A DNA stretch of 38,434 nucleotides from an uncultured Candidatus Saccharibacteria bacterium (GTDB lineage: Bacteria; Patescibacteriota; Saccharimonadia; Saccharimonadales; Saccharimonadaceae). Position 1 is the stretch's first letter; every line of letters starts with the position of its first letter. The position numbers were made by a program, and so were the translations under genes. The stretch lies in assembly GCA_964396015.1 (NCBI GenBank), contig CAYNBW010000001.1, forward strand, positions 1-38,434. Reading direction: 5' to 3'. Of the stretch, positions 7,370-16,841 are shown in pieces. The notes under the pieces were generated by a model. The model saw only the letters and a list, made by a program, of their open reading frames with translations, made no database searches and had not been told where the DNA came from.

Positions 7370-9540
7370 ATAAAATAGTTGTGCGACGGCGACACTGGAA
7401 AACATGGTATTTTATAACGGGCATTTTTGTGATGGTGTTTTTGTTTACGTTTTTAGCGGTAAAAGCAAACCAGTCAAATGAAAATGTGGATGCGGCGTCG
7501 CTAGATAGTTTTGACCCTGGGTATATTATTTCAGATTGGCAGATGGGAAATTACAGTTCGATGACCGAAACAGAAATTCAGAATTTCTTGTGGTCTAAGG
7601 GCAAGTGTTACAATACGAACTTCAGTGGGGTAGGGACAAGAGTAGATTATTTTTCGGATAGTACTCCACCAACGACGTGGCACGTTTCGAATGGGCATAC
7701 GGTATGTCTTGCAGAGGAGAATATGAACGGCGAGACGGCGGCGCATATTATATGGCAGGCGGCACAAGATTATCGGATTAATCCGCAAGCTCTGATTGTA
7801 CTTTTGCAGAAAGAAACGGGGATAATTACAGATCCAATTCCAAATAGCTGGGATTATCAGCGGGTGGCTGGATATGGTTGTCCGGATACAGCAGCTTGTT
7901 CGTCGAAGTACTATGGTTTTAAGAACCAAATTAGAAATGCAGCGGCGTTGTTTCGAGCGGTGCTGGATGGTGGTTGGACGAATTATCCGCTAGGGAATAA
8001 TTATATACAGTATAATCCTAATGAAGATTGTGGTGGATCTTGGGTGAATATACGGTCGCTAGCAACATCGGCGCTTTATCGCTACACGCCATATCAGCCG
8101 AATTCGGGGGCGCTTGCGGCGGGGTATGGGACGGCGTATTGTGGCGCATATGGGAATAGAAATTTTTATTTGTACTTCCAGGATTGGTTTGGTGACACTA
8201 CGGCGACTCAGCGTAGTTTGAAAATAGCAGAAGGCGAGTATTATTTGGTAATGCATAAAAATGTTGCTATGGCGCTGGACGTGCAAAAAGCAGAAGTGAC
8301 GAATGGCGCGAACGTTCAGATCTACGATAAAAACGGTACTGAGGCGCAAAAGTGGAGTATAACGTATAATTCGACGACAGATGACTATAATATAATAAAT
8401 GTAAATTCCGGGAAGGCTTTGGACGTTTCCGGCGCGAGCGTTAATGACGGTGCTAATGTACAGATTTGGGAAGCGAACAGTACATGCGCACAAAGATGGA
8501 GGATTGTAGAAACGCGCGCTGGCGGATTGTCGCTATTGTCGGCATGTTCTTATAAAGCGTTGAGCTTAAAAGATGCGAGCGTCAAGAATGGTGTGAACAT
8601 TGAGATATCTGTCAATAAAGAGAACTCTCAACAAGTGTGGGATTTGGCGCCTGCTAATGATTTTGAGAGTGGAACATATGTCATCAAATCATCTATTAAT
8701 CAATCTAGGGTAATAGATATTAGTGGTGGTGTGTATAATTCAAAGAATGGTACGAATGTACAACTATGGAATAAAAACGCTACTGCCGCACAGCAATGGA
8801 GCATAAAGAAGACGGCAGACGGGTATTTTGTAATAAAGAATTTACAAAGTGGAAAGGCTTTGGATGTAGCCGAAGCCAAAAAAGATAATGGCACAAACAT
8901 ACAAATGTGGGATGATAACGGTACTTGCGCGCAAAAGTGGAGTATTTTGAAGAGCAAGTATGGCTATGAGTTTATATCTGCGTGTTCGTATAAGGCGCTA
9001 GATTTGAAGGCAGCTGACAGCAGTCCAGGTTCTAACATACAAATTTATGATGCAAATAATTCGAAAGCGCAACAATGGCAGCTAGAGAAGGTTGAACTGC
9101 TGGAGGAAGGAAGCTATATGATTGAATCAAGGGTTGGAAAAGATAAGGCTATTGATATCAGTGGTAATAAAAAAGTAAATGGCACGAATATACAAATTTA
9201 TGAGGTGAATGGGACTACTGCGCAAATTTGGGAGATTAAGTATGATGTTAATGATGGTTACTACACGGTGTACAATCCTGGGGCTCAAAAGAGCCTAGAC
9301 GTGGCTGCGGCTGGTAAGAGCAATGGTACAAATGTACAAATATGGGACGACAATGCGACTTGTGCACAAAAGTGGTTTATTAGCAAAAACGGGAAAGATT
9401 ATACGTTTGGTTCTGCGTGCTCTGATTTAGTTTTGGACGTAGAGGCAGCAAGGGCCGATAATGGTACAAACGTCCAGCTCTATGAAGCGAACGGTACTGC
9501 TGCGCAGAAATGGTTGTTGGTTCCAACGACTAAAGAATAG
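7366..9540 (+). CDS. Secreted/anchored protein: possible lysozyme-like N-terminal domain plus three ricin-B beta-trefoil lectin domains
   Basis: Signal/TM segment; AAQDYRINPQALIVLLQKE..GYGCPDTAAC..YRYTPYQPN domain; repeated ALDV..NGTNVQIW..AQKW (QxW) units starting near 8224, 8661 and 9100. Confidence 0.85.
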   Translation: MNKIVVRRRHWKTWYFITGIFVMVFLFTFLAVKANQSNENVDAASLDSFDPGYIISDWQMGNYSSMTETEIQNFLWSKGKCYNTNFSGVGTRVDYFSDSTPPTTWHVSNGHTVCLAEENMNGETAAHIIWQAAQDYRINPQALIVLLQKETGIITDPIPNSWDYQRVAGYGCPDTAACSSKYYGFKNQIRNAAALFRAVLDGGWTNYPLGNNYIQYNPNEDCGGSWVNIRSLATSALYRYTPYQPNSGALAAGYGTAYCGAYGNRNFYLYFQDWFGDTTATQRSLKIAEGEYYLVMHKNVAMALDVQKAEVTNGANVQIYDKNGTEAQKWSITYNSTTDDYNIINVNSGKALDVSGASVNDGANVQIWEANSTCAQRWRIVETRAGGLSLLSACSYKALSLKDASVKNGVNIEISVNKENSQQVWDLAPANDFESGTYVIKSSINQSRVIDISGGVYNSKNGTNVQLWNKNATAAQQWSIKKTADGYFVIKNLQSGKALDVAEAKKDNGTNIQMWDDNGTCAQKWSILKSKYGYEFISACSYKALDLKAADSSPGSNIQIYDANNSKAQQWQLEKVELLEEGSYMIESRVGKDKAIDISGNKKVNGTNIQIYEVNGTTAQIWEIKYDVNDGYYTVYNPGAQKSLDVAAAGKSNGTNVQIWDDNATCAQKWFISKNGKDYTFGSACSDLVLDVEAARADNGTNVQLYEANGTAAQKWLLVPTTKE

Positions 9541-9558
9541 TGTGGTATAATTTATTAT

Positions 9559-10491
9559 ATGGATGATGTTGCGATATTGGTACCGTGTTTTAATGAAAAG
9601 AAAACCATAAGGAAAGTTGTATTAGATTGGAAAAAAGAATTGCCGGATGCGACGGTCTATGTTTATGACAATAATTCTACTGACGGTAGCGATAAGATAG
9701 CAGCTGAAGCTGGTGCGATTGTGAGAAACTGTCCGCAGCAAGGCAAGGGAAATGTGGTTAGGCAGATGTTTAGAGAGATAGATGCTAGGTGCTATATAAT
9801 GGTGGATGCTGACGACACTTATCCTGCAAAAAGTGCAAAAACGATGGCGCGGTTAGTGTTAGAACGTGGTGCAAATATGGTGGTAGGGGATAGATTGTCG
9901 TCGACATATTTTACTGAAAATAAGCGTTTATTCCATAATACAGGGAATAAGGCGGTCAGGTGGGCTATAAATACTTTATTTGGTGGTAGTGTCAAGGACA
10001 TAATGACTGGTTGCAGGGCTTTTGATTATAAATTTGTGAAAAGTTTTCCGGTACTATCTAAGGGTTTTGAAATTGAAACTGAAATGACGATTTGGGCGAT
10101 GGACAAAAATATGTATGTAGAAAATATGGAAATACAGTATCGCGATAGGCCGGAAGGAAGCGAGTCCAAATTAAAAACGTATTCTGATGGCTTTAAGGTC
10201 ATCAATACTATTGTTAGAATGTTTAAAGCGTATAGACCTTTGATGTTCTTTGGTCTATTGGCGTTTGTGCTTGCGGTCGTATCTATCGGTTTTTTTATTC
10301 CTGTTTTGATAGGGTATTTTAACACGGGTTTAGTTCCGAACTTGCCGACTCTGGTTGTCTGTGGGTTTGTCTTTATGACGGCCATTCAAGCTTTCTTTGC
10401 CGGATTAATTTTGGATACTTTAAGGAGAAAAGACAAACAGGATTTTGAAATTGATTTGATAAGGATAGAGCATGAAGAAAAGGAGCATTAG
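9559..10491 (+). CDS. GT2 polyprenol-phosphate glycosyltransferase (DPM1/GtrB-like)
   Basis: VPCFNE, VYDNNSTDGS, QGKGN, MVDADDTY, FEIETE; two C-terminal TM helices. Confidence 0.9.
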   Translation: MDDVAILVPCFNEKKTIRKVVLDWKKELPDATVYVYDNNSTDGSDKIAAEAGAIVRNCPQQGKGNVVRQMFREIDARCYIMVDADDTYPAKSAKTMARLVLERGANMVVGDRLSSTYFTENKRLFHNTGNKAVRWAINTLFGGSVKDIMTGCRAFDYKFVKSFPVLSKGFEIETEMTIWAMDKNMYVENMEIQYRDRPEGSESKLKTYSDGFKVINTIVRMFKAYRPLMFFGLLAFVLAVVSIGFFIPVLIGYFNTGLVPNLPTLVVCGFVFMTAIQAFFAGLILDTLRRKDKQDFEIDLIRIEHEEKEH

Positions 10492-12313
10492 ATTTATCAA
10501 GCAGAATAGGGATTGCTTAGTAACCCTAGGTTACTTTTTGGCGGGGGTGATCGGAGTTGTCGGGGTTGCAAAAGTTTTTGATTATGCGGAGATGGGAACT
10601 GGTTTTGCGAATTCGTTATTGTCGGTATTACTACTAGTGTTGCAGATTTTTATTTATGCCAAAATGTTTAAAATCCATAAAAGAAATGAGATGATTTTTG
10701 AGGTAGTGTTTTCAATTTTTTTGGCTGGTATTTTGGTGATTGGCGCACAGCTGGATTGGTGCAGTGAAATTATGTGGGGCCTTGGAACTGTGGCGAGAAT
10801 ATTTTGTCTTGCGGTTTTTGTTTTTCCGATTATGAATGTTTTGATGACTTTTTTGGGGGAGGCTAAGATAAATAATTTTGAAATTACTAAGCAAAAGAAA
10901 TTTTTCTGGGTGACGTTTATGATAATTGCGTTTGGTGGGCTGATTGTATGGCTTGCTACCTATCCTGGCATATGGGGCTATGACGCTGCGACGCAGTTTG
11001 CTACGATTACGAATGTGGATGAGGGCTATACGCAGAGCGTTGGGGCACATTATTCTTTGCCATTGGGCTGGCTGATGACGAGTATTATGACTTTAGGAAA
11101 GAACATGTTTGGTAATTATCAAGCGGGGATGGCGTTATGCAGTTTGCTACAAATGTTATTTTTGTCTTATGTTGCAACTAGAATTCTAATCTATGCCACT
11201 GAAAAGGTAAAAAATAAGTATTTGTATATTATAGGGCTGGTCTTTTTTGTGGCATTTCCACTGTATACCGCTATGACTGTCTATATGACTCAAGATGCGG
11301 TATTTGGTGCTCTGTTCGCTTTGGCTTTTATTCATATTTATGAGTTGTCTGTGAATGATTGCTATTGGGCGAGGCGTATAAATTATGTGTTGTTGTCCGG
11401 TTTGTTATTGACGCTTTGTTTGTGCAGGAACAATGGCTTTTATTGTTTAGTGGTGGCGTTTATTGTGGCTGTGGTATTTATGAAGGGCAGGCGAGTGAGA
11501 GTGGCATTGATATTTGGTATTCCGATGCTCCTGTATCAGTTATATAACGGTCCGTTCTTGAGTATCTTGAATATTAGTACTGCTAGCTCTATTAGTGAGA
11601 TGCTAAGTGTGCCTTCGCAGCAAATCGCGAGAGTTTATAATTATAATAATGATTTGATAGGAGCGGACGAGAAAGAGCAACTGGACGCTTATTATTCGGG
11701 GTACAAAGATTTTATAGAATATCGGCAATATCCTGCCATTGCTGATTTTACGAAGAGATATATCGTAAGGGGTAGAACGTCTAGTGATTTGACCGGTTAT
11801 GTTAAATTATGGCTAAAGATTGGAACTAAAGATCCGAAAAATTATATAGAAGCTTTTTTGCTCAATAATCTTGGTTTTTGGTATCCGAATAAAAAATATC
11901 CAGATACAAGAATGGGCATACCATATTATGAGTATGAGATGACAGATCGTGGTGATGATAGGTTTTTGGTGATCGAAAGGACTAGCCAGATACCGATGCT
12001 TAATGCGATGCTGAAATCAGTTTTGGTTGACGATGCGTTTGTAAAAGTGCCAATTTTGTCGACTATTTGTTCGATGGGGACATATTTCGTGCTGTTTTGT
12101 TTTGTGTTGGGCTATTCTATAGTCAGGAAAAATTGGAAAAAAATTGTGCCACTAGGTTTGATGATGGGTCTTTATATTACGTTACTATTGTCGCCGGTGG
12201 CAGTGTTTAGGTACTGTTTTCCGATTGTGATACTCTGGCCGTTGCTTTTTGCAATGCTTTTTGAGAAAAATCTTGCATCTCTACCAAAAAAGAAAAGAAA
12301 TGTGGTAAAATAG
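10472..12313 (+). CDS. Polytopic membrane protein, probable GT-C glycosyltransferase (DUF6020-like)
   Basis: Many TM helices; YPGIWGYD..Q, RNNG, SVPSQQIAR, FRYCFP motifs; follows a GtrB-like GT2. Confidence 0.7.
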   Translation: MKKRSIRFIKQNRDCLVTLGYFLAGVIGVVGVAKVFDYAEMGTGFANSLLSVLLLVLQIFIYAKMFKIHKRNEMIFEVVFSIFLAGILVIGAQLDWCSEIMWGLGTVARIFCLAVFVFPIMNVLMTFLGEAKINNFEITKQKKFFWVTFMIIAFGGLIVWLATYPGIWGYDAATQFATITNVDEGYTQSVGAHYSLPLGWLMTSIMTLGKNMFGNYQAGMALCSLLQMLFLSYVATRILIYATEKVKNKYLYIIGLVFFVAFPLYTAMTVYMTQDAVFGALFALAFIHIYELSVNDCYWARRINYVLLSGLLLTLCLCRNNGFYCLVVAFIVAVVFMKGRRVRVALIFGIPMLLYQLYNGPFLSILNISTASSISEMLSVPSQQIARVYNYNNDLIGADEKEQLDAYYSGYKDFIEYRQYPAIADFTKRYIVRGRTSSDLTGYVKLWLKIGTKDPKNYIEAFLLNNLGFWYPNKKYPDTRMGIPYYEYEMTDRGDDRFLVIERTSQIPMLNAMLKSVLVDDAFVKVPILSTICSMGTYFVLFCFVLGYSIVRKNWKKIVPLGLMMGLYITLLLSPVAVFRYCFPIVILWPLLFAMLFEKNLASLPKKKRNVVK

Positions 12314-12317
12314 GGTA

Positions 12318-13325
12318 ATGAAGGTTTTATCGGTTATTATTCCGGCGTTTAATACGGAGTTGTATATTGAAAGATGTCTGGATAGTCTTTTATATGATAA
12401 GGATATTGTCGATTATTTGGATATAATCGTGGTTGATGATGGTAGTTCTGATTCGACTAGTAGTGTTGCAGGGGAGTACAGCAAATTATATCCGGGTAGT
12501 ATTTCGGTGATTCGCAAAGAGAATGGTGGGCATGGTTCGGCTGTAAATAAGGGTCTGGAAAAGGCAGTTGGTAAATATGTGAGGATTCTAGATTCAGATG
12601 ATTGGGTGAATATAGATGATTTTCCGGAATATGTTAAAAAATTGGCTGATGAAGAATCTGATATTGTAGTGACGAACGTGCGGAGACAACAATTGTACGA
12701 TGAGACAGAAGACGATTTTGTTTTTTGTGAAACGCGGGTTGAGCCTCAAAACATTGAGAAGGTAGCAGAGAAAATAATGGAGGACAATTTTTTCTTTGAA
12801 TTTTCGATGCATTCAATGACAGTAAAACGGGAAAAACTTTTGCGAGTATGGGGAGACGGGTTGTTGAATAAGACATTTTATGTGGACCAGCAATTTGTTG
12901 CTAAAGTTTTTATGTGTGCTGATAATTATACGGAGTATCCGTTGCTTGTGTATATGTATTTTATCGGCAGGCCAGAGCAAAGTATGGGCGCAGGATTTTT
13001 TAAACATATTCGTGACCATGAGCGGGTGCTGAGGTGGTTGCTTAGTACTACCGAAATGGACGAGGTGCCGGAATATTATAAGAAGATTGTGTCGAGACAA
13101 ATTACTTTGATGTTAAAGACACATCACAAGGCTTATCTGGAGCAGCCAAAATTAAATAGCAAAGAGAGAAAGGAGCTGGCTACGTTCGATGAATATCTAA
13201 AGAGTAAATACCGGAGTTTTTACGATGCCGCTGAAATATCTGGATATTTGAAGCTGTTAGCCAATCCTTTGATTTCGGCGCGGATGGCAAGGACGTTCTT
13301 GTATTTTCGGAAAGGAGAAAAATGA
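12318..13325 (+). CDS. GT2 glycosyltransferase
   Basis: SVIIPAFN, VDDGSSD, ENGGHGSAVN, LDSDD, FYVD, YFIGRPEQS. Confidence 0.92.
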   Translation: MKVLSVIIPAFNTELYIERCLDSLLYDKDIVDYLDIIVVDDGSSDSTSSVAGEYSKLYPGSISVIRKENGGHGSAVNKGLEKAVGKYVRILDSDDWVNIDDFPEYVKKLADEESDIVVTNVRRQQLYDETEDDFVFCETRVEPQNIEKVAEKIMEDNFFFEFSMHSMTVKREKLLRVWGDGLLNKTFYVDQQFVAKVFMCADNYTEYPLLVYMYFIGRPEQSMGAGFFKHIRDHERVLRWLLSTTEMDEVPEYYKKIVSRQITLMLKTHHKAYLEQPKLNSKERKELATFDEYLKSKYRSFYDAAEISGYLKLLANPLISARMARTFLYFRKGEK

Positions 13326-14638
13326 AAAAGGGTTTTGTGATTAGCTGGTACTATCCACCTGGTAATTCATCAGAAGGTCTGGTGACGTTTAAGCTGTTAA
13401 AAAATTCTAAGTATAAATATGACGTTTGGACTCGGTCGGATCAGCGTCGGAGCGTTTGGGATAGAAAAAGCGACGAGAGCAAATTAACATCAAAGAATGT
13501 GAAAGTTATAAAAGATGACTGCGAAGATATGAAGGAGTGGGTGAGGGACGGGGTAAGGTACTTTTTGGAGCATAAAGACGAATATGATTTTATTATGTCA
13601 CGGAGTATGCCTGCTGAGTGCCATGAGATTGCAATAAAAATTAAGGAGGCTGTTCCTGGGATAAAATGGGTTGCTTCTTTTGGAGACCCTATAGTAGACA
13701 CGCCGTATATTAATGAGATTACGATGGGCGATAAGGACAACCCTTATAAAGTAAGAGGATATTTGGAACGAGAGGATTTGTCTTTGATGGGTGCGTCGAG
13801 AGTCTTTTTATCGCCAACGCGTAGAGCAAAAAAATACGTTTGGAATAAAGATAAAAAGGCCGGTAACGAGATAGAAAAATATTTTAGATACGTTAATGAG
13901 ACCGTGCTGACTAATGCGGATAAAATTATTTATAATAATCCATATCAATTTGAACATGCGTTTATTGATGGTTCATTAGAGAAGTTCAAGTCGAAGTGTT
14001 GTGTGTTGGCGCATTCGTTTGACCCTAGTTTGTATCCGAGTTCGAATAAAAAGCTGGCGGATAATAAGAAAATATCTTTTGTTTATGTGGGGCATTTGGA
14101 TGAGACGAGAAACGTTCGGTCGCTGCTGGAAGCGATAAAAAAGATGAAGCAAAGGGACGTAAAAGTATCGGAGAAAGTGGAGTTTGCTTTTTATGGGCAT
14201 GTGGGCAATGGCGATAAAATCTATATATTGGATAATGATTTAGTGGATATAGTAAAGGTAAAACAGGATGTTGATTATTTGCGGAGTTTGAAAATTATAA
14301 AAGATGCAGATTGGGCGATTCTGGCAGATGCAAATTTTACGAGTATAGTTGACAACTGTATTTATCTTCCTGCGAAGTTGATGGATTATATGGGCGCTGG
14401 AACGAATATCTTTTCGATTTCGCACATGAGGGGTGCCGGCGCTGATATAATCCGTAAAGTTGGCGGAGGAAAGGTCGTGACACATAGTGCTGATGATATT
14501 TATCTGTATCTTTCCAAGATAATTTATGGTGGCTATAAGCCATTGCCGTATAATAAGAACGAAGTGTCGAAGTATGAGGCCTCAAATATTGCTGAGAAGA
14601 TGGATAAAATTATCAATAGCATGTTGAAGGAGGGATAG
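13322..14638 (+). CDS. Probable GT4/GT-B glycosyltransferase
   Basis: SWYYPP N-terminus, WVASFGDP, FVYVGHL, LPAKLMDYMGAG. Confidence 0.7.
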   Translation: MKKGFVISWYYPPGNSSEGLVTFKLLKNSKYKYDVWTRSDQRRSVWDRKSDESKLTSKNVKVIKDDCEDMKEWVRDGVRYFLEHKDEYDFIMSRSMPAECHEIAIKIKEAVPGIKWVASFGDPIVDTPYINEITMGDKDNPYKVRGYLEREDLSLMGASRVFLSPTRRAKKYVWNKDKKAGNEIEKYFRYVNETVLTNADKIIYNNPYQFEHAFIDGSLEKFKSKCCVLAHSFDPSLYPSSNKKLADNKKISFVYVGHLDETRNVRSLLEAIKKMKQRDVKVSEKVEFAFYGHVGNGDKIYILDNDLVDIVKVKQDVDYLRSLKIIKDADWAILADANFTSIVDNCIYLPAKLMDYMGAGTNIFSISHMRGAGADIIRKVGGGKVVTHSADDIYLYLSKIIYGGYKPLPYNKNEVSKYEASNIAEKMDKIINSMLKEG

Positions 14639-14640
14639 TG

Positions 14641-15735
14641 ATGAAGGTATTGTCGATTTTTGGAACGCGTCCAGAGGCCATAAAAATGGCTCCTGTGGTA
14701 AAGGAGCTGGAGAGTAGGGGCGAGGGGGTAGAGTCGGTTGTTTGCGTAACTGCGCAACATCGAAGCATGCTAGATCAGGTCCTGAGCGTTTTTAAAATTA
14801 AGCCAGATTACGATTTGAATATAATGAAAAATGGTCAGACTTTGACACAGATTACAGTGAACGTTATAGAAGGCATAGAGAAAATTATACAGCACGAGAA
14901 ACCGGACTTAGTGCTAGTTCATGGCGATACTACTACTGCGATGGCAGCGGCGCTTGCGGCGTTTTATAATCATGTGAAAGTCGGTCACGTAGAAGCTGGT
15001 CTTAGGACGTATAACAAATATTCGCCTTTTCCAGAGGAAATGAATCGTCAGATTATAGATAGGATAGCGGATTTGTTGTTTGCGCCAACTGAAGTGAGTA
15101 AAAGTAATTTGGACAAGTATCTGAATGAAGGACAAGAGATTTTTGTGACTGGCAATACAGCAATCGATGCTTTAAAGACTACGGTAAGGAAGGAATATAA
15201 TAGTGATATTTTTGAGTGGCTTGGGGATTCAAGGATGATTCTTGTAACTGCGCATCGGCGCGAGAATCTTGGCGAGCCAATGCGTCGAATTTTTAGAGCG
15301 ATAAGACGTTTGGTAGATGAGTTTGACGACGTAAAAGTTGTTTATCCTGTACATATGAATCCTAAGGTCAGAGAGGTTGCCGATGCGGAGCTTGGTCAAC
15401 ACGACAAAATAAAGTTAATGGACCCACTTGACGTTCTGGATTTCCATAATTTTATGGACAGAGCATATTTTATAATGTCGGACAGTGGTGGTGTGCAAGA
15501 AGAAGCGCCATCTCTTGGAAAGCCGGTGTTGGTTCTTAGAGATACTACAGAGAGACCTGAGGGAATTAATGCAGGAACTTTGAAGTTGGTGGGAACGGAA
15601 ACTGACACAATTTATGCCGAGGCAAAAAAACTGTTGACTGATAAGGCGAAATATAGCGAAATGGCCTGTGCTAAAAATCCATATGGTGACGGATTTGCTA
15701 GTAAATATATAGTCGATGCGATTTTGAATCAATGA
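14641..15735 (+). CDS. wecB: UDP-N-acetylglucosamine 2-epimerase (non-hydrolysing)
   Basis: FGTRPEAIKMAP, VHGDT, HVEAGLRT, PFPEEMNR, HRREN, DSGGVQEEAP, NPYGDG. Start may be GTG 14638. Confidence 0.97.
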   Translation: MKVLSIFGTRPEAIKMAPVVKELESRGEGVESVVCVTAQHRSMLDQVLSVFKIKPDYDLNIMKNGQTLTQITVNVIEGIEKIIQHEKPDLVLVHGDTTTAMAAALAAFYNHVKVGHVEAGLRTYNKYSPFPEEMNRQIIDRIADLLFAPTEVSKSNLDKYLNEGQEIFVTGNTAIDALKTTVRKEYNSDIFEWLGDSRMILVTAHRRENLGEPMRRIFRAIRRLVDEFDDVKVVYPVHMNPKVREVADAELGQHDKIKLMDPLDVLDFHNFMDRAYFIMSDSGGVQEEAPSLGKPVLVLRDTTERPEGINAGTLKLVGTETDTIYAEAKKLLTDKAKYSEMACAKNPYGDGFASKYIVDAILNQ

Positions 15736-15736
15736 A

Positions 15737-16786
15737 TCAACGATAATGAATGAGTCTTTTTAGGAGCTGTTTGGCAGAATGAAGAAAATACTTGGATTGC
15801 ATTTTGGATTTTGCAATAAACCAGTTGGGGGTATTGAACAATTTGATGCAGTTTTTGTCATAAGGGGTGAAATATAGATATTGGAAAGTACTATCTTTGA
15901 ATATGGGCGAAAATATAGCTTTTAATTTTTCGTAGTATTGCTTTTTGTATTCTTTAGAAATATTTAAAAAGAATGTCATATTAGCCCATAGAATGTGGGC
16001 ATATAATGGTTCTTTGAGACTCTCAAGTAGGCCGAGGTTTCTTGCGATATTGATACCGGATAGGGAGTTGTCGGCCATGAAAAGAAGCTTCTTGCCAGTT
16101 GCGTTGGTTGAATTACCTTGGGCGGGGTCATTTCGCCAATGGACAAAGCCTTCTGGGACTATTGATATTCGTTTGGCTTTGCATAAAGCCTCAACCATAA
16201 ATGGAAAATCTTGATATGATGCACCAGCTGTGTTCTTGAATTTAATTTTTTTAACAAAATCGGCACGATAAATGGACGACCAGATTGAGGCATGAAAGGC
16301 GATCAATGTTGGCCATTCGGTAATATGAAAAGCGTTTTTGGGGGCGAGGCGGAGGTCTACGCCTGATGGATTGGTGTAGTATTGATTCTGCTGACTTTTT
16401 GGCAAGGTGGAATTGTATTTCCAAAAGCCGCCCTTGGTAATATCGGTATGGTATTTTTTGGCATTAGTATATAGAGTTTCATACATTTTCGGTTCGATCC
16501 AATCGTCAGATTCGATGATGCCAATGTATTCGCCCTGGGCTAGTTCGATGCCTTTGTCGACCGATGCGCTGTAGCCGGAGTTATTTTGATGAATTGCGAT
16601 GAGTCTTTTGTCTTTTTTGGCGTATTCGTCGATGATTTTGCCGCATTGATCTGGTGAGCCGTCATCGATGGCTATAACTTCGATTTCTGTTAGCGATTGT
16701 GCGAGTATACTGTCTAGACACTCCTTAAGATACCTTTCAACATTATATATGGGGACGACTATGCTAACTTTTGGGCGATTTGCCAT
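15737..16786 (-). CDS. GT2 glycosyltransferase
   Basis: VSIVVPIYNVE, IDDGSPD, IESDDW, GASYQD; SD-like AAGAGG upstream. Confidence 0.92.
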   Translation of the reverse strand: MANRPKVSIVVPIYNVERYLKECLDSILAQSLTEIEVIAIDDGSPDQCGKIIDEYAKKDKRLIAIHQNNSGYSASVDKGIELAQGEYIGIIESDDWIEPKMYETLYTNAKKYHTDITKGGFWKYNSTLPKSQQNQYYTNPSGVDLRLAPKNAFHITEWPTLIAFHASIWSSIYRADFVKKIKFKNTAGASYQDFPFMVEALCKAKRISIVPEGFVHWRNDPAQGNSTNATGKKLLFMADNSLSGINIARNLGLLESLKEPLYAHILWANMTFFLNISKEYKKQYYEKLKAIFSPIFKDSTFQYLYFTPYDKNCIKLFNTPNWFIAKSKMQSKYFLHSAKQLLKRLIHYR

Positions 16787-16841
16787 CTGTTTTTCCTCTT
16801 ATTTAGTTATAATTATACCAAAAATGCGATATAATATAAAT

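Noticed and set aside
8224-9540. Recurring DNA motifs resembling a repeat array or CRISPR
   Set aside because: Degenerate in-frame ricin (QxW) repeats; no identical repeat-spacer structure and no cas genes.
16668-16841. Upstream extension of the GT2 ORF (similar cases at 22667-22708 and 25356-25481)
   Set aside because: Overlaps neighbouring genes or promoters; GT2 and Wzm similarity begins at the later ATGs.
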